IMG/VR virus record: IMGVR_UViG_3300030330_001898
Span: 1-64,000 of that record
Length of the DNA stretch: 64,000 nucleotides
DNA from: an uncultured virus (IMG/VR IMGVR_UViG_3300030330_001898)
Lineage: Duplodnaviria > Heunggongvirae > Uroviricota > Caudoviricetes
Direction: 5' to 3' (one strand)
Below, in pieces: positions 56,901 to 64,000 of the stretch. A program made the position numbers and the translations under genes. The notes under the pieces are model-generated. The model saw nothing but the letters and a program-made list of their open reading frames with translations. It was not told the origin of the DNA and did no database searches. Within the stretch, counting starts at the first letter, position 1. The number at the start of each line of letters is the position of its first letter.

Positions 56901-57139
56901 CCAGATACAAATTGATTAGCAGTACTTATAAGATTAGCATCAGCAACCTTTAAATCTCTGTTAAAATCAACACCAGTTTTTTTAAATTGTTTTTCTATAT
57001 AATCTACTTCTTCTTCGGTAAAAGATGTAGGGTTTGCTTTATATATAGTATCAAGTTTTTGTAAAAACCTTTCTTGATTTATAAGACCAACTTCAAGTTC
57101 CCTAATGGTTTGTTTTAATAATCGATTGTTTAATTTCAT
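47969..57139 (-). CDS. giant virion protein, putative two-barrel virion RNA polymerase fused to ejection domain
   Basis: GGADKDAD (D1247-D1251, nt 53387-53401) preceded by MRNP; DIITAESATK and K...K blocks parallel the 2773-aa protein. Confidence 0.65.
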   Translation of the reverse strand: MKLNNRLLKQTIRELEVGLINQERFLQKLDTIYKANPTSFTEEEVDYIEKQFKKTGVDFNRDLKVADANLISTANQFVSGLVEGFTTLGWSDEPDTSIESIANKVGHLVGFAPDVIASALSMGQYIPVAVAKRASLKAAGGVTKGLRAAGEAAPPAFRKEIGTDTFALQSIPMKVADKVIEQAKASFGDAGVLKDGFLAKGILKSPRFRDIGEQAAHLGIAMGVSSWTEGAKGAADAAIHGAIAGGMFGTIGNYVNVARIYANPKTRKLGENIIRRKADELAAEDRTLEGINMAIKGAIGSGLQGGMATAQNLPVPEQVYEYLLGAFFGATARDAGFIQRIKYLNKNSERFRSLEKTEQTLTRELEADPEFLALPKFDRDYVKSRIPLIQQQVFDRDVSITKVVIPEVKAILDEKGITRPTREQWEQIKAEVEQTKIAEALESVENIAVISDKDKSGLEAFKREIKENLGMDLADLVNLTSKDLNEPAISNPQIKTLVEKLRSMNISTSQDQLLVDIGRLAVETEYNLPKFKEALKEKYPEQIKDGKVFFKEVNESLLGSYLKLKKNVQIREDYEIDFSSGQPVVTRQPMRDIGDKPVGAPRQKSKYNEHIGNGRRVRIIVRQAYIQEKLHKFGLLIKDGGLVEVPIFGRKKILDFSDNDITIGSGKNKKVLYQKFEYFLKDAMLNDLNASAREQGYYIYGGAKDTGEIILHKRPFTDTEITTALQKQLLRDNKLFTQDKLTDVQAEDYASNIYYSLLDAGYIKANEPITYDKLNDGLKKFRQNPLFETVQKFNKYNSLAQGQEVKLESVDYKGKLDDNGEWKVVQIEDIPSTFKVDGEPSKSAIDAVVYIRKEIFDAISDANYRDPDSGFLKLVGFKAPREGTGTILFKTGTFRATTAMDKFMKANNIDIITAESATKTMLGIKKHKLEWNNNTKEYSIKDNIESFGIKPEELYLNYGVYENPNKLYNGLLIAKQMFDKLNKEQIGKDYDNFVADYDRMIESSVVGNPEKTKAFEQAFAKQDLSLEYNIDTISLGAINRVLESDQIKTPFGLKLLRKILERGREDYHQNIQEATDLIDVTLQQLVKYDVPNALFKTGYDIGSVIYPPYLSFINRSLTEYRHKRVVKPRVNNAVEGKLGPADPETATGLRDNQIRLGETFRDMPIMVGNDQITLGKAIDRLNVIKNDIQQFGTEINQLRDALTFLIMRNPNSGNGGVRVVEVVGFTGRRGMNVVTTSKTDYYLGGADKDADSVFMYQNMPESFKKVFKKYENELAGKNNEDALSFETPQGKEWQSLVEQYPDIKVSEGGANGTRALEDLMNSNLRIDVARNARIGKKNIEYVVSGFNRMQMVADIIQQDTAMGIPEMKLTTFIKGTMFPIGLKLKTSVRELQLDTYRGINLMADSANFTKVATYDKILDTFWSKHFEITGKPEVQGKEFDMFERYSNEYEYAFNRITELKSFKDIHSVGYRNKNVTDPTISTTIGENYLKTFGSQNRFYYHIAKALVDYPNFVINPFKFYAKEFKDFAATDVAKALILRYRELVVDHPLLQRFGLTDNYNSQLEAKDTLNLIINEPGLLHQKVFEYQGIFRSLKMSEQFIRDIQQKKPNEYGSETAEMIVKDIIDQTFMIKSLFDRGNNLSFPGKKHLELSGNDVNTLIRRIKLNFKDKYPTIYKDIEPIIETWLLSSPLKGPTTDIQKLALLDIEKENSNISKFIKDGDRLNNEDYSRALYFKNLALTKYRPNVDNISSYIAISDRGRQSFFSDMRQMLESNGQRVGEKLSQKLIDNDAIKFEEQFKTTFSIEAFDRSLSENTVYQNNFEIVEDRVKFNFFGNKDKIVDTIIEDAPSLKTKQENLDGYIGELIPQFEYLFRVESDKNAILTDKASKEIKKLREILFQNPDTIMRLEEMFMELTYNQTGVQRRLETMTTEDLVMFNKSLEMLLSKKTAFQKQREAVRKPSAIDQTLGYGQAAKYLFNLDRFEIETNARPTLDKNGKISKKRISIPVTTLEAGRVAIDKFDTYQKIIYKLQQDKVDGVYYYFNTTDKLMAEHRDLLFQAAVNKIEYNPGPDGKPRFPTQVGGEGERTYIVESYLDTQSAIKKLEDSGVVFNIPQGNIDGTLTPIKPQQFVDRIASDTSKLLQSIKNTYIKTNVKQLSKTLVDLQKVKGLSYGTNKDGAFVVEGVFKGSQTKDLDSRNLEQTFLQETGIINENRVSLLYKDMMNRNVTDREYIGKYLMSVNDYRFIKFHMELRDRIQFLLEPKGINVSKPKGKVSQKGSQAYIVKQTVLKELAKTKGEYTKYYVGDIVEGYFPRLGHGRYQANQEKLAEWIKDNVEVKFNRALQDKKLLPTYLQAKMDIDGVSHMEAALTYKRDLKAGFERMIGVSITNGQAAAERQITDLMERPNLDGFIGDYAASMTKNRGETFMPFYQKDIDAVRFYTSGLFKMWFTNLAGLRSEILLRNFDNVHKGQEWAADWSNYMRDSFTNMMGLSTYRALNLHGIQKKDQEFLRQYIKDGLTGPKEGTGRYKKDLIKDFDAAIDVMPHEQMLIFKRNNRNVEKTKAEIKALRLSRANKLVERVNSTGKYGSLYHLTSDEVAVRFFNKLDRAFGGKLFGPLPTNSKDRQFAIMQRVRQLSDLEGKFELLSLLSHPKTAITNLYGGTVNTISDTGWSAFRKANDSEWMIQNLFGGGKAEFSVVGPDGRVQKVQINSMKRIFEWMETIGVYDQMFLDLVSLDKNFGRQGVKKFWIEFISRMNKSYKEGRITSKELHDIESKRTLRETAEYLKVEIPVVEAGALPMKWSERKLRGTAFLANYINMRTILGEKIFDGIPFNSPVITDFAMKGVKASQFMYQATFRPNFANTSLGRVLTRFQPYAWNSIGRRIQITKDAKLEGWKRDTLSQKKFERQLTLDLMALALGNIFIASIFEYALSPPMNWLQDTSALLFGDEKERERAFFSSYPSQYLAPLQIVTPPIARFVLSPITAILNGDMENFYKYQVATYFPFGRLFRDLKKTYDSPAMAVDFMTGLPLRRLHSIRRNQMEQQAAIEEELDTIPED

Positions 57140-57930
57140 TAGTCAGTTAATTGTTTGAAATAACCTTCTAACTCTTTGATAGTATTATCTATCATAATCA
57201 ATTCATCTTTCATCTGTCTTTGACCTGCACTAGAGAAGTTTTTAATTTGTTCTTTATTAGACTTTAATAAATTAATGTCTTTCATTATACCATTAGCAGC
57301 TATATCAAATGCAGCATTATCACCTAATACTTCTTTTTTCATAAGCATTCTTTGAAAACTATCTTGAGCATTAGAATAACCATCTGTTACTGCTTTTACT
57401 TGTTGCATTACAGCATCTTCGGCATTACCTATCTTAGGTCCAAAGATCATACCTCCACCTCTAAGTATACCAGCTCTACCTGTTGAAAATGCTGCAAATG
57501 CAGGATTGTCCATTAAATCAGGAACTGCAACAGAACCTACTGTTATTCCTGCTTCTTCTAAAAGTCTTTTATCTGCTAATTTTTCTGCTCTAGTTTCTTT
57601 TTTCTGTGCAAATTTATCTTCTATTCCAAGTTGTGTTCCATAATCTTCCAAAGCTCTATCTTCTGCTGCTTGTGCTCTTGTATCTGCTCTATCTTCTGCT
57701 CTTATAGCTGCAGCTTCTTGCTGAACTGATTGATAATCAGATATTCCAATTTGTATTGCAGCGTTAGTAATTTTATTAGCTACTTCTGCTTCACCCTTTA
57801 ATTGTGCTAGTATAACCTCTTTAGCAGCTGCTGTTGGATCAATATCATCTTTAGTAAAATAATCTACTGTATTTCTTCCTACTTGTCCAAACATTATTAA
57901 AGAGTCTATCAATGATTTACTATATGACAT
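57139..57930 (-). CDS. putative ejection protein
   Basis: Ala-rich helical; syntenic with 11499-12638. Confidence 0.5.
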   Translation of the reverse strand: MSYSKSLIDSLIMFGQVGRNTVDYFTKDDIDPTAAAKEVILAQLKGEAEVANKITNAAIQIGISDYQSVQQEAAAIRAEDRADTRAQAAEDRALEDYGTQLGIEDKFAQKKETRAEKLADKRLLEEAGITVGSVAVPDLMDNPAFAAFSTGRAGILRGGGMIFGPKIGNAEDAVMQQVKAVTDGYSNAQDSFQRMLMKKEVLGDNAAFDIAANGIMKDINLLKSNKEQIKNFSSAGQRQMKDELIMIDNTIKELEGYFKQLTD

Positions 57931-57939
57931 TTCTATCTC

Positions 57940-58635
57940 CTATACATTATCTAATACGTTAATCTTACTACCAGTATACTGAGATAACTCTAATAAATTA
58001 TTCTGTATACTTCTTAATTGACTTTCTTCAGACTGGTCTAGTCTAAATTGTGCTTGCTGTTCTTGTAGTTGCAAGTTATCTGCACTCATAGCAAACCTGT
58101 CATCTAACTGTGCCATAGTTGTATCTACAGCTCCAGAGCCAGCTAAATTAGTAGCACCTAAATTATACTGAGCTCTTTCTCTTACTCTCTCAAAATTGTC
58201 TACAGCAGCTTCTTGTCTAAAACCAACAGACTGACCAAGAAAATCTCTTTGAACTCCAAAATCTTCTCTTACTCCTCCAGCTGCTTCTACTAATCTTTGT
58301 TCAGCCTCTAATGCTTTTTGTTTTCTTTCTCTAAGCATTTTCCTTCTTCTACGTCTTGCTTTTCTTGCTGCAAAAAAACCGCCAACTAAACCTATAGCTC
58401 CTAATGCAAATCCCAAAGGATTAGCTGCTGCTGCTCCAGCAAGTTTACCACCAAACTTACCCATAGCACCACCAAGTCTAGGCATTGCAGGAGTTATTCT
58501 ACTTCCCATGTTAGCAAAACGAGAACCAAATCCAGATGCAGAACCTATATTGCTACCCATACTACTTGATCCAAAAAATTGTGCAGCATTAAAACTAGGC
58601 ATTCTATATTGCAAATCATCATTATAATCAGTCAT
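57940..58635 (-). CDS. putative ejection (pilot-like) protein
   Basis: Gly/Ala-rich hydrophobic segment followed by a basic stretch and a Gln-rich helix. Confidence 0.55.
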   Translation of the reverse strand: MTDYNDDLQYRMPSFNAAQFFGSSSMGSNIGSASGFGSRFANMGSRITPAMPRLGGAMGKFGGKLAGAAAANPLGFALGAIGLVGGFFAARKARRRRRKMLRERKQKALEAEQRLVEAAGGVREDFGVQRDFLGQSVGFRQEAAVDNFERVRERAQYNLGATNLAGSGAVDTTMAQLDDRFAMSADNLQLQEQQAQFRLDQSEESQLRSIQNNLLELSQYTGSKINVLDNV

Positions 58636-59087
58636 TATATAATCTCCTCCCCTCTTTCATCAAAAGATACAAACTCCATACCTAATAAATCCATAACTTG
58701 AGGCAGTCCAAAACTATATGCATATCTTTTTGAAGCTTCTTGTTTATTTATTCTCATTTGAATCATATTATTATTCATAGATATAGGTTCTTTCATTTTT
58801 TCTAATTGTTTTCTTTTTTTAAAATCTCTTTCAAGTTGTAAAGCATTTTGTTTTTTCATTTCTTTATCAAAATAAGGATCACGAGTATTAGGAGTACCTT
58901 GTAATTCATTTTGCCCCATACGTCTCATTTCTTCTGCCTGATCTAAACTGTCTTGTTGTGCTTGCATTGCTCTAACAAAATCTGGATTAGGCGTAGGATT
59001 ACCACCATCGCTTCCCATTATCTTTTTTTCAGATAAAAAAGGTAGCATTAAATCTTGTGCTGAACCTTTCTTTTTACCTTGTGCCAT
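58635..59087 (-). CDS. hypothetical virion-module protein
   Basis: TAATG-coupled ORF. Confidence 0.5.
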   Translation of the reverse strand: MAQGKKKGSAQDLMLPFLSEKKIMGSDGGNPTPNPDFVRAMQAQQDSLDQAEEMRRMGQNELQGTPNTRDPYFDKEMKKQNALQLERDFKKRKQLEKMKEPISMNNNMIQMRINKQEASKRYAYSFGLPQVMDLLGMEFVSFDERGEEII

Positions 59088-59581
59088 TATACATTCTCCT
59101 TAATATTCTCTATTGCCTCTACAAAATCTTTTACTCTTACTGGTGTTTGCTTGTACCATCTAGAGTATCTTTCTTCTTCTTTGTTAGCATACATAATTTC
59201 ATCTATTGCTTTATCATACTCCTTATGACACAATGCTTTCCATGCTGATGGAAACTTTCTAAACCACTTAGTACCAAGTTGAAAGTTTACAGATGTTAAA
59301 GCTATTTTGAAATCAACATCATGTATATTTAGTATTTTACATTGATCATTACAAGCATCTAATGATTTCTGTATATCATTATCATACCACTCTCTAATAA
59401 TAGACTCTTTTAATAAACACCCTACTGGATATATTTTTTTTTCTTCAGAAGATAATAAATGTCCTATGCCACCAGTAGGTTTACCCAATGTATCTAAGTA
59501 TACTACATTCTTATAACCTTCACGCAACTTAATATGGTCGTAAAGTTTTTGTCTAAAACTAATATCGTTAGGCACTATCAT
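59087..59581 (-). CDS. lysozyme (GH24/T4-like muramidase)
   Basis: LREG...VYLDTLGKPTGGIGH (E-x8-D-x5-T) and WYKQTPVR motifs. Confidence 0.9.
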   Translation of the reverse strand: MIVPNDISFRQKLYDHIKLREGYKNVVYLDTLGKPTGGIGHLLSSEEKKIYPVGCLLKESIIREWYDNDIQKSLDACNDQCKILNIHDVDFKIALTSVNFQLGTKWFRKFPSAWKALCHKEYDKAIDEIMYANKEEERYSRWYKQTPVRVKDFVEAIENIKENV

Positions 59582-60087
59582 AAATTACCTGCATTAAAAT
59601 ATTCTTCTGGTATAAAATTTTCTACACCTTGTAAAAATATATTAACAAAATTTTCATCTGGTATAGGTATTCCTGCATCTGTTCTTATTTTATTAGTTGA
59701 CTTATCTAAACTAAATAAAAATCTTCTCGCAGCTGAAAACTGATTGCTCTTATCATAGCCATACATTTTTCTTATAGACTCTAATTGATCTGCAGGTATC
59801 TTATCAACAAAGTTATTTATAGTCTCAGCATTTTTTGCAACAGTATCTAGTCCTTTTTGAAACCTTTGTTCTGGTGTCATTAAAAAGTTTTGAACGCCAG
59901 TTACCATTCCATGCAATCCAGTCATTGCACTTATTCCTCCAACAACATCCATTAAACCAGCTCCAGGTCCACTTACTTGAGCAAATTGATCTTTTACTGC
60001 TTGACGTTTTCCAAACTGATTAAACTCTGTCATAGCATTTTTTGCTTGATATATACTCATATTTCCTCCAATTTTGTTTTCATCCAT
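59578..60087 (-). CDS. hypothetical virion-module protein
   Basis: Coupled ORF; probable start at ATG 60060. Confidence 0.5.
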   Translation of the reverse strand: MDENKIGGNMSIYQAKNAMTEFNQFGKRQAVKDQFAQVSGPGAGLMDVVGGISAMTGLHGMVTGVQNFLMTPEQRFQKGLDTVAKNAETINNFVDKIPADQLESIRKMYGYDKSNQFSAARRFLFSLDKSTNKIRTDAGIPIPDENFVNIFLQGVENFIPEEYFNAGNL

Positions 60088-60284
60088 CTATTCTCTACTT
60101 TTATATAAAGATAATGTTCGTCTTGTTCTTTTACTACCAATCTATCTCCATCTGAACCTTCAAAATTATTAGGTTTAGTTTTTTTAGAAGTTATATGTGT
60201 AGTAAATTGTTGTTTAACATTGTCAACTTCTCTATCTAAATCTTTTAATTCACTTAATGATTCTATTAATGTTTGTTTTTCCAT
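60057..60284 (-). CDS. small tail-associated hypothetical protein
   Basis: Homologous to 14455-14754. Confidence 0.55.
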   Translation of the reverse strand: MEKQTLIESLSELKDLDREVDNVKQQFTTHITSKKTKPNNFEGSDGDRLVVKEQDEHYLYIKVENRWMKTKLEEI

Positions 60285-62710
60285 TACCTATATACCTTAT
60301 CTCTGTATACAATCTGTATATCATTAACTTCAAATCCAGCGTTTACGGCCCCTGTACTCTTTAAGGCTATACCAAAGCTCACTAAGTTCTTAAAAGTGTC
60401 AGGAAGGACCAATTTAATCGTTTTAAAGGTATTTGTAGTGTTTGTTAATGCACCAATATCAGTTAAATCTAATGGTGTATTGTCTCTTTTTGTGCCAAAT
60501 CCCTGTAATGTTATGTTAGCTGTTTGTTTACAATTTATATAAATAGTATTAATGTTTTTATTTACCATAGGAGTACCAAAATCAAACTCTTTAGACTTCA
60601 TTATAACTCCTGTTTTTGTAAAAGTTAAAGGAGTGTTACTCCATTTTTTTAATTCACCATCACCAGATACTACCTCCATCCAATTTAGATCACCATTTTC
60701 TCTTGTAATAATATTAGTAATATCATTTGTTGTTGCTACATCACCAGTTGTCCATGACTCAGACTTAATATCATATAATAATATATTAGCAGGAAAACTA
60801 TTAACATTTACAGTTTGTTTGCTTCTAATATATATTTGTTTTGTTTTAGGTATATATCCTATAACATTATTATCATGATAGTATTTTTCTCCCCAATCAT
60901 CAAACTTTGGTTGTCCATTTTTACCTAAAGTAATATCAACAATTCTTTTTCCTGTGTAAAGAAAAGCTCCGTATTTATTAAACCAAGCTACAAATCCTTC
61001 ACCTTTTGTTACATGATATTCTTTTTCACAACCTTTATAGTCGTATGCTGCTTCTAAAAATTCTATATTTCTACTTGTATTTATAATAAATAAATTACGT
61101 TTTTTAAATTGTAACAACTTACTACCTAATGACTCTAGCCTAATAATGCTATCACCATCTTCAACTTCTACATCTATAAAAGAAGTTTCTGGTATTATAT
61201 CAAACTTACCAGTTCTAGACTTTAATACTCTATCAGATTTAGTAACAAGGTTATTATCTTTATCATAATACTGAACATTACCAACATACAATCTTCTATT
61301 CATTACTGTGTGTGTTTTAAATCCTGTGTTAGCTCTACCTATAACAGATGTATCATCATTTATAAAAGGTTCTGCTGTTGATAAACTTGTTACTACTTTA
61401 CCATCTCCTGTGGTATCTGTAGCATTTGCAAAAAAATTAGTAGGAAACATAAAATTATTTTTACTATTTGCTTCTATAACACCAAAGGCACTATAGTCAT
61501 TACTACCAGCCATTCTTATTCCTTCTTCAAAATCAACTTCACAAAATAAATATTTTGCAGATACTGATCCAGTATGTCTGTCTTCCCCTTCTACAAAATC
61601 ATTTATTAATCCCCAGTATATTTTAAAACCACAATAGTTATGAGCTTTATCTCCCATTCTTCCAATTAAAGCAAATCTTAATTTTTGTTGTATATTATCA
61701 GAACTTCCATGTTGTGGTGCAATACCTAAAAATGTTGTATTAGATTCTTGCTCTGATGTAGTATTATAATTTTTATAAACCTTAGTAGCCCAAAAACCAT
61801 ATCTACTTTCCTGTGTTAATGTAATCGTAGAATCATTATCATCATTATTGTTATTAGGAAAGTACGCTAAAAATGCCATAGAACCATCTCCATTAACATC
61901 ATAAGCATTGCTAGAAAAAGTTTCATAATTATCTAATTCTAATTCTAACCAATTACTCATACTTTGAAATGAAAACTCTGTTCCACTTATAGCTGATAAC
62001 GTATTTGCTCTTGGCATATAAACTTCACTACCAAACTCTGGTTTAAATAAATTAATATTTTGATTGTTAGAATCTGGAGTAGCATGATTATACAAAGCAT
62101 TTACATCATAACTATATGGAGCAGCTGAACTACCACCACGAATAGGTGCTACAAACATATCTACAACCTTGTATGTACCTGTACTTAAAACATTTCTAAT
62201 AGATTCTGTAGTGTTAGTTCCTAATGTTCTTGAATATTTGTAATATGCTAAAGTCTTTGCTTTATTATTTTCACTACCATAGTGAGGAACTACTCTAACT
62301 ACACCATCAATAGTATACATATTTAACAAAGCATTATCACTACCATAGTCTATATCAAAAGCAGATGACTCTAAAGCATGTCCTCCTCCAGATAAATCTA
62401 AAGCAACAACTTTTGTATTTGGTTTATCATGTATGAATAAGTATTCTGTTTCAGATACAGTTTCAGCACCGCTAAGATTTCTATCAAAGTTTGTATTATG
62501 TATACCATTTCCATAGTTTACAGAATTAAGAGCATCTAAAGCATTAGCTGTTAAATTTTCAGCTGCATTACCTATTAATTTAATTTTACCAGGTACTTCA
62601 TTATCTAAATTCAATAGTAATTGAAATTCGTTATCTACTAAATCTCTTGGTGATGTATTGTTATTAAGACCACCACTAAAGTTTGTAATGTTAATTGTTT
62701 TCTTAGGCAT
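60284..62710 (-). CDS. tail nozzle/stabilization protein (full length; likely start MPKK at 62710)
   Basis: FSGGLN N-terminus; N- and C-halves match the two split ORFs at 14754-17485. Confidence 0.65.
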   Translation of the reverse strand: MPKKTINITNFSGGLNNNTSPRDLVDNEFQLLLNLDNEVPGKIKLIGNAAENLTANALDALNSVNYGNGIHNTNFDRNLSGAETVSETEYLFIHDKPNTKVVALDLSGGGHALESSAFDIDYGSDNALLNMYTIDGVVRVVPHYGSENNKAKTLAYYKYSRTLGTNTTESIRNVLSTGTYKVVDMFVAPIRGGSSAAPYSYDVNALYNHATPDSNNQNINLFKPEFGSEVYMPRANTLSAISGTEFSFQSMSNWLELELDNYETFSSNAYDVNGDGSMAFLAYFPNNNNDDNDSTITLTQESRYGFWATKVYKNYNTTSEQESNTTFLGIAPQHGSSDNIQQKLRFALIGRMGDKAHNYCGFKIYWGLINDFVEGEDRHTGSVSAKYLFCEVDFEEGIRMAGSNDYSAFGVIEANSKNNFMFPTNFFANATDTTGDGKVVTSLSTAEPFINDDTSVIGRANTGFKTHTVMNRRLYVGNVQYYDKDNNLVTKSDRVLKSRTGKFDIIPETSFIDVEVEDGDSIIRLESLGSKLLQFKKRNLFIINTSRNIEFLEAAYDYKGCEKEYHVTKGEGFVAWFNKYGAFLYTGKRIVDITLGKNGQPKFDDWGEKYYHDNNVIGYIPKTKQIYIRSKQTVNVNSFPANILLYDIKSESWTTGDVATTNDITNIITRENGDLNWMEVVSGDGELKKWSNTPLTFTKTGVIMKSKEFDFGTPMVNKNINTIYINCKQTANITLQGFGTKRDNTPLDLTDIGALTNTTNTFKTIKLVLPDTFKNLVSFGIALKSTGAVNAGFEVNDIQIVYRDKVYR

Positions 62711-62885
62711 TTGCTTTTTTCCTAAGTTGTGTACAGAATACATTACCTCTAGTAATTTCATCCATAGTTACAGCTTTCACTTTCTTTTTAGACTTTGTTT
62801 TTAAACTATACTTTCTTCTACTATCGTTTATAGATGTTCCTTTAAATTCTTGTCCTTTACCAGTTGATGTATTATATATTCCCAT
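62703..62885 (-). CDS. small basic hypothetical protein
   Basis: Overlaps neighbours in an operon-like manner. Confidence 0.5.
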   Translation of the reverse strand: MGIYNTSTGKGQEFKGTSINDSRRKYSLKTKSKKKVKAVTMDEITRGNVFCTQLRKKANA

Positions 62886-63639
62886 CTATTATCTCTCCCC
62901 ATAAAGATGTTTTACCATCTATTATTTCCACTACTTCTACTTTAAATTCACCATTGTTGTACCAATCTACAACAGCAAATGCATGACCCCAGTTGTGCAA
63001 TCTACCCTTAAGCCATTTATTTTGTTCATGTGACATATCTTTTAAACACCCCATAGACCAAGCACCAATATTGCCATTAAGCTTTGTCAGTGTATGTCTC
63101 TGTATATCATGTGTATGTCCATACATCACATTTTCTCCATAAGTTTCTAAATGTTTCTTTGCATGATATGTTGTAGCAAATGCTCCATGAAAGAATGTTA
63201 GTTTTCCTATTTGTATTGGTAAGTTATATTCGGTATATTTATACCCTCTTTCTTTTATTTTACACGCTTTAAAAAAGCTGTAATTACTAAGATAGGGATA
63301 CTTGTTAGAAAAATTATCCAACCAGAGATCGTGATTGCCTTGTAATAAATATTTCTTTTTACATTTGACTTCATCTAAAACCTCATCCCAAATATCCAAC
63401 CCTTTATTAACCAACCGTATATCTTCATTAACAATAGGCAATTGAAACTCAAGTGGTGGTAACTTTTTATCTTTATACTTCCACGCAGATACTGACTCCC
63501 ACTCACCAACATCTCCAAGATTAACAAATACATCTGGTTTTATTTTACGTATAGCTTTCACTACACAATTTACTGCAGCTTTATCATGTAAAGGATAATG
63601 CTGGTCTGGTATTATAATACCACGTTGCTTAAGTTTCAA
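62872..63639 (-). CDS. calcineurin-like metallophosphoesterase
   Basis: DQH, GD, GNHD, HG and GHTH motifs; GGAGG SD before TTG. Confidence 0.9.
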   Translation of the reverse strand: MKLKQRGIIIPDQHYPLHDKAAVNCVVKAIRKIKPDVFVNLGDVGEWESVSAWKYKDKKLPPLEFQLPIVNEDIRLVNKGLDIWDEVLDEVKCKKKYLLQGNHDLWLDNFSNKYPYLSNYSFFKACKIKERGYKYTEYNLPIQIGKLTFFHGAFATTYHAKKHLETYGENVMYGHTHDIQRHTLTKLNGNIGAWSMGCLKDMSHEQNKWLKGRLHNWGHAFAVVDWYNNGEFKVEVVEIIDGKTSLWGEIIDGNI

Positions 63640-63648
63640 TGGTACCTC

Positions 63649-63807
63649 CTATTTTTTATCTAAGGCTTTTTTAACTTCAGCCCATAGTTTGTCATCAAGT
63701 TTGTTAGATGATTTAGCTACTAACCAATCACCTAAATGCATGATAACTGCTTTAATTAGTTTTTCTGTTCCTAAACTTGTTAGAACTTTACCTAATATTG
63801 GTCCCAT
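63649..63807 (-). CDS. small amphipathic protein (52 aa, not in ORF track)
   Basis: MGPILGKVLTSLGTEKLIKAVIMHLGDWLVAKSSNKLDDKLWAEVKKALDKK; homologue of 17528-17680. Confidence 0.7.
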   Translation of the reverse strand: MGPILGKVLTSLGTEKLIKAVIMHLGDWLVAKSSNKLDDKLWAEVKKALDKK

Positions 63808-64000
63808 TATTTTTTCTCCTCACAGTTTATATCGCAAGCCTCAAGACCTTTTATATATCCTTGATGCTCAATGATCATTTGTTTTACTTCTCCTAGTCTA
63901 GCATTAGCTTCCTGAATTTGTCCAGCAAGTTCATTATGTTGCTCTACTAATGTTTCCATTTTACTTTCTGCTTCTTTACGAAGATCGACTTTTTCTTTAG
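63807..64000 (-). CDS. small coiled-coil protein, 5' truncated (not in ORF track)
   Basis: ..KEKVDLRKEAESKMETL...YIKGL...; parallels 18436-18600. Confidence 0.55.
   Translation of the reverse strand, partial: KEKVDLRKEAESKMETLVEQHNELAGQIQEANARLGEVKQMIIEHQGYIKGLEACDINCEEKK

Noticed and set aside
1..64000. Stop-codon reassignment as seen in some crAss-like phages
   Set aside because: Standard code gives dense, full-length ORFs, and TAG/TGA stops sit at sensible gene ends.

Overview
AT-rich tailed dsDNA phage sequence with podovirus/P22-like head and tail genes. The window appears to cover about 1.4 laps of a ~46 kb genome plan from two related but distinct phages. Segment A (1 to ~24.3-24.9 kb) has no GATC site. 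It holds the end of an early module (RuvC-like), a 2773-aa putative virion RNA polymerase, ejection proteins, a split nozzle gene, small membrane proteins and an S74-capped tail fibre. Segment B (~24.9-64 kb) has normal GATC density. It holds small tail and basic proteins, adaptors, capsid, scaffold, portal, terminase and a + strand early/replication module (SSAP, SSB, primase-helicase, Hjc-type resolvase). It then repeats the segment A gene order with divergent homologues (3056-aa virion RNAP, ejection proteins, lysozyme, fused nozzle, metallophosphoesterase). The most notable element is a phage-encoded ubiquitin-like conjugation operon in the early module (38326-42448): a GG-terminated Ubl, a CC1-like small protein, a large E2-like protein, a JAB/JAMM protease and a ThiF/E1 enzyme. 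No tRNA, rRNA, CRISPR array, integrase, transposase or DNA polymerase was recognised. All protein assignments come from motifs read by eye, without database searches.
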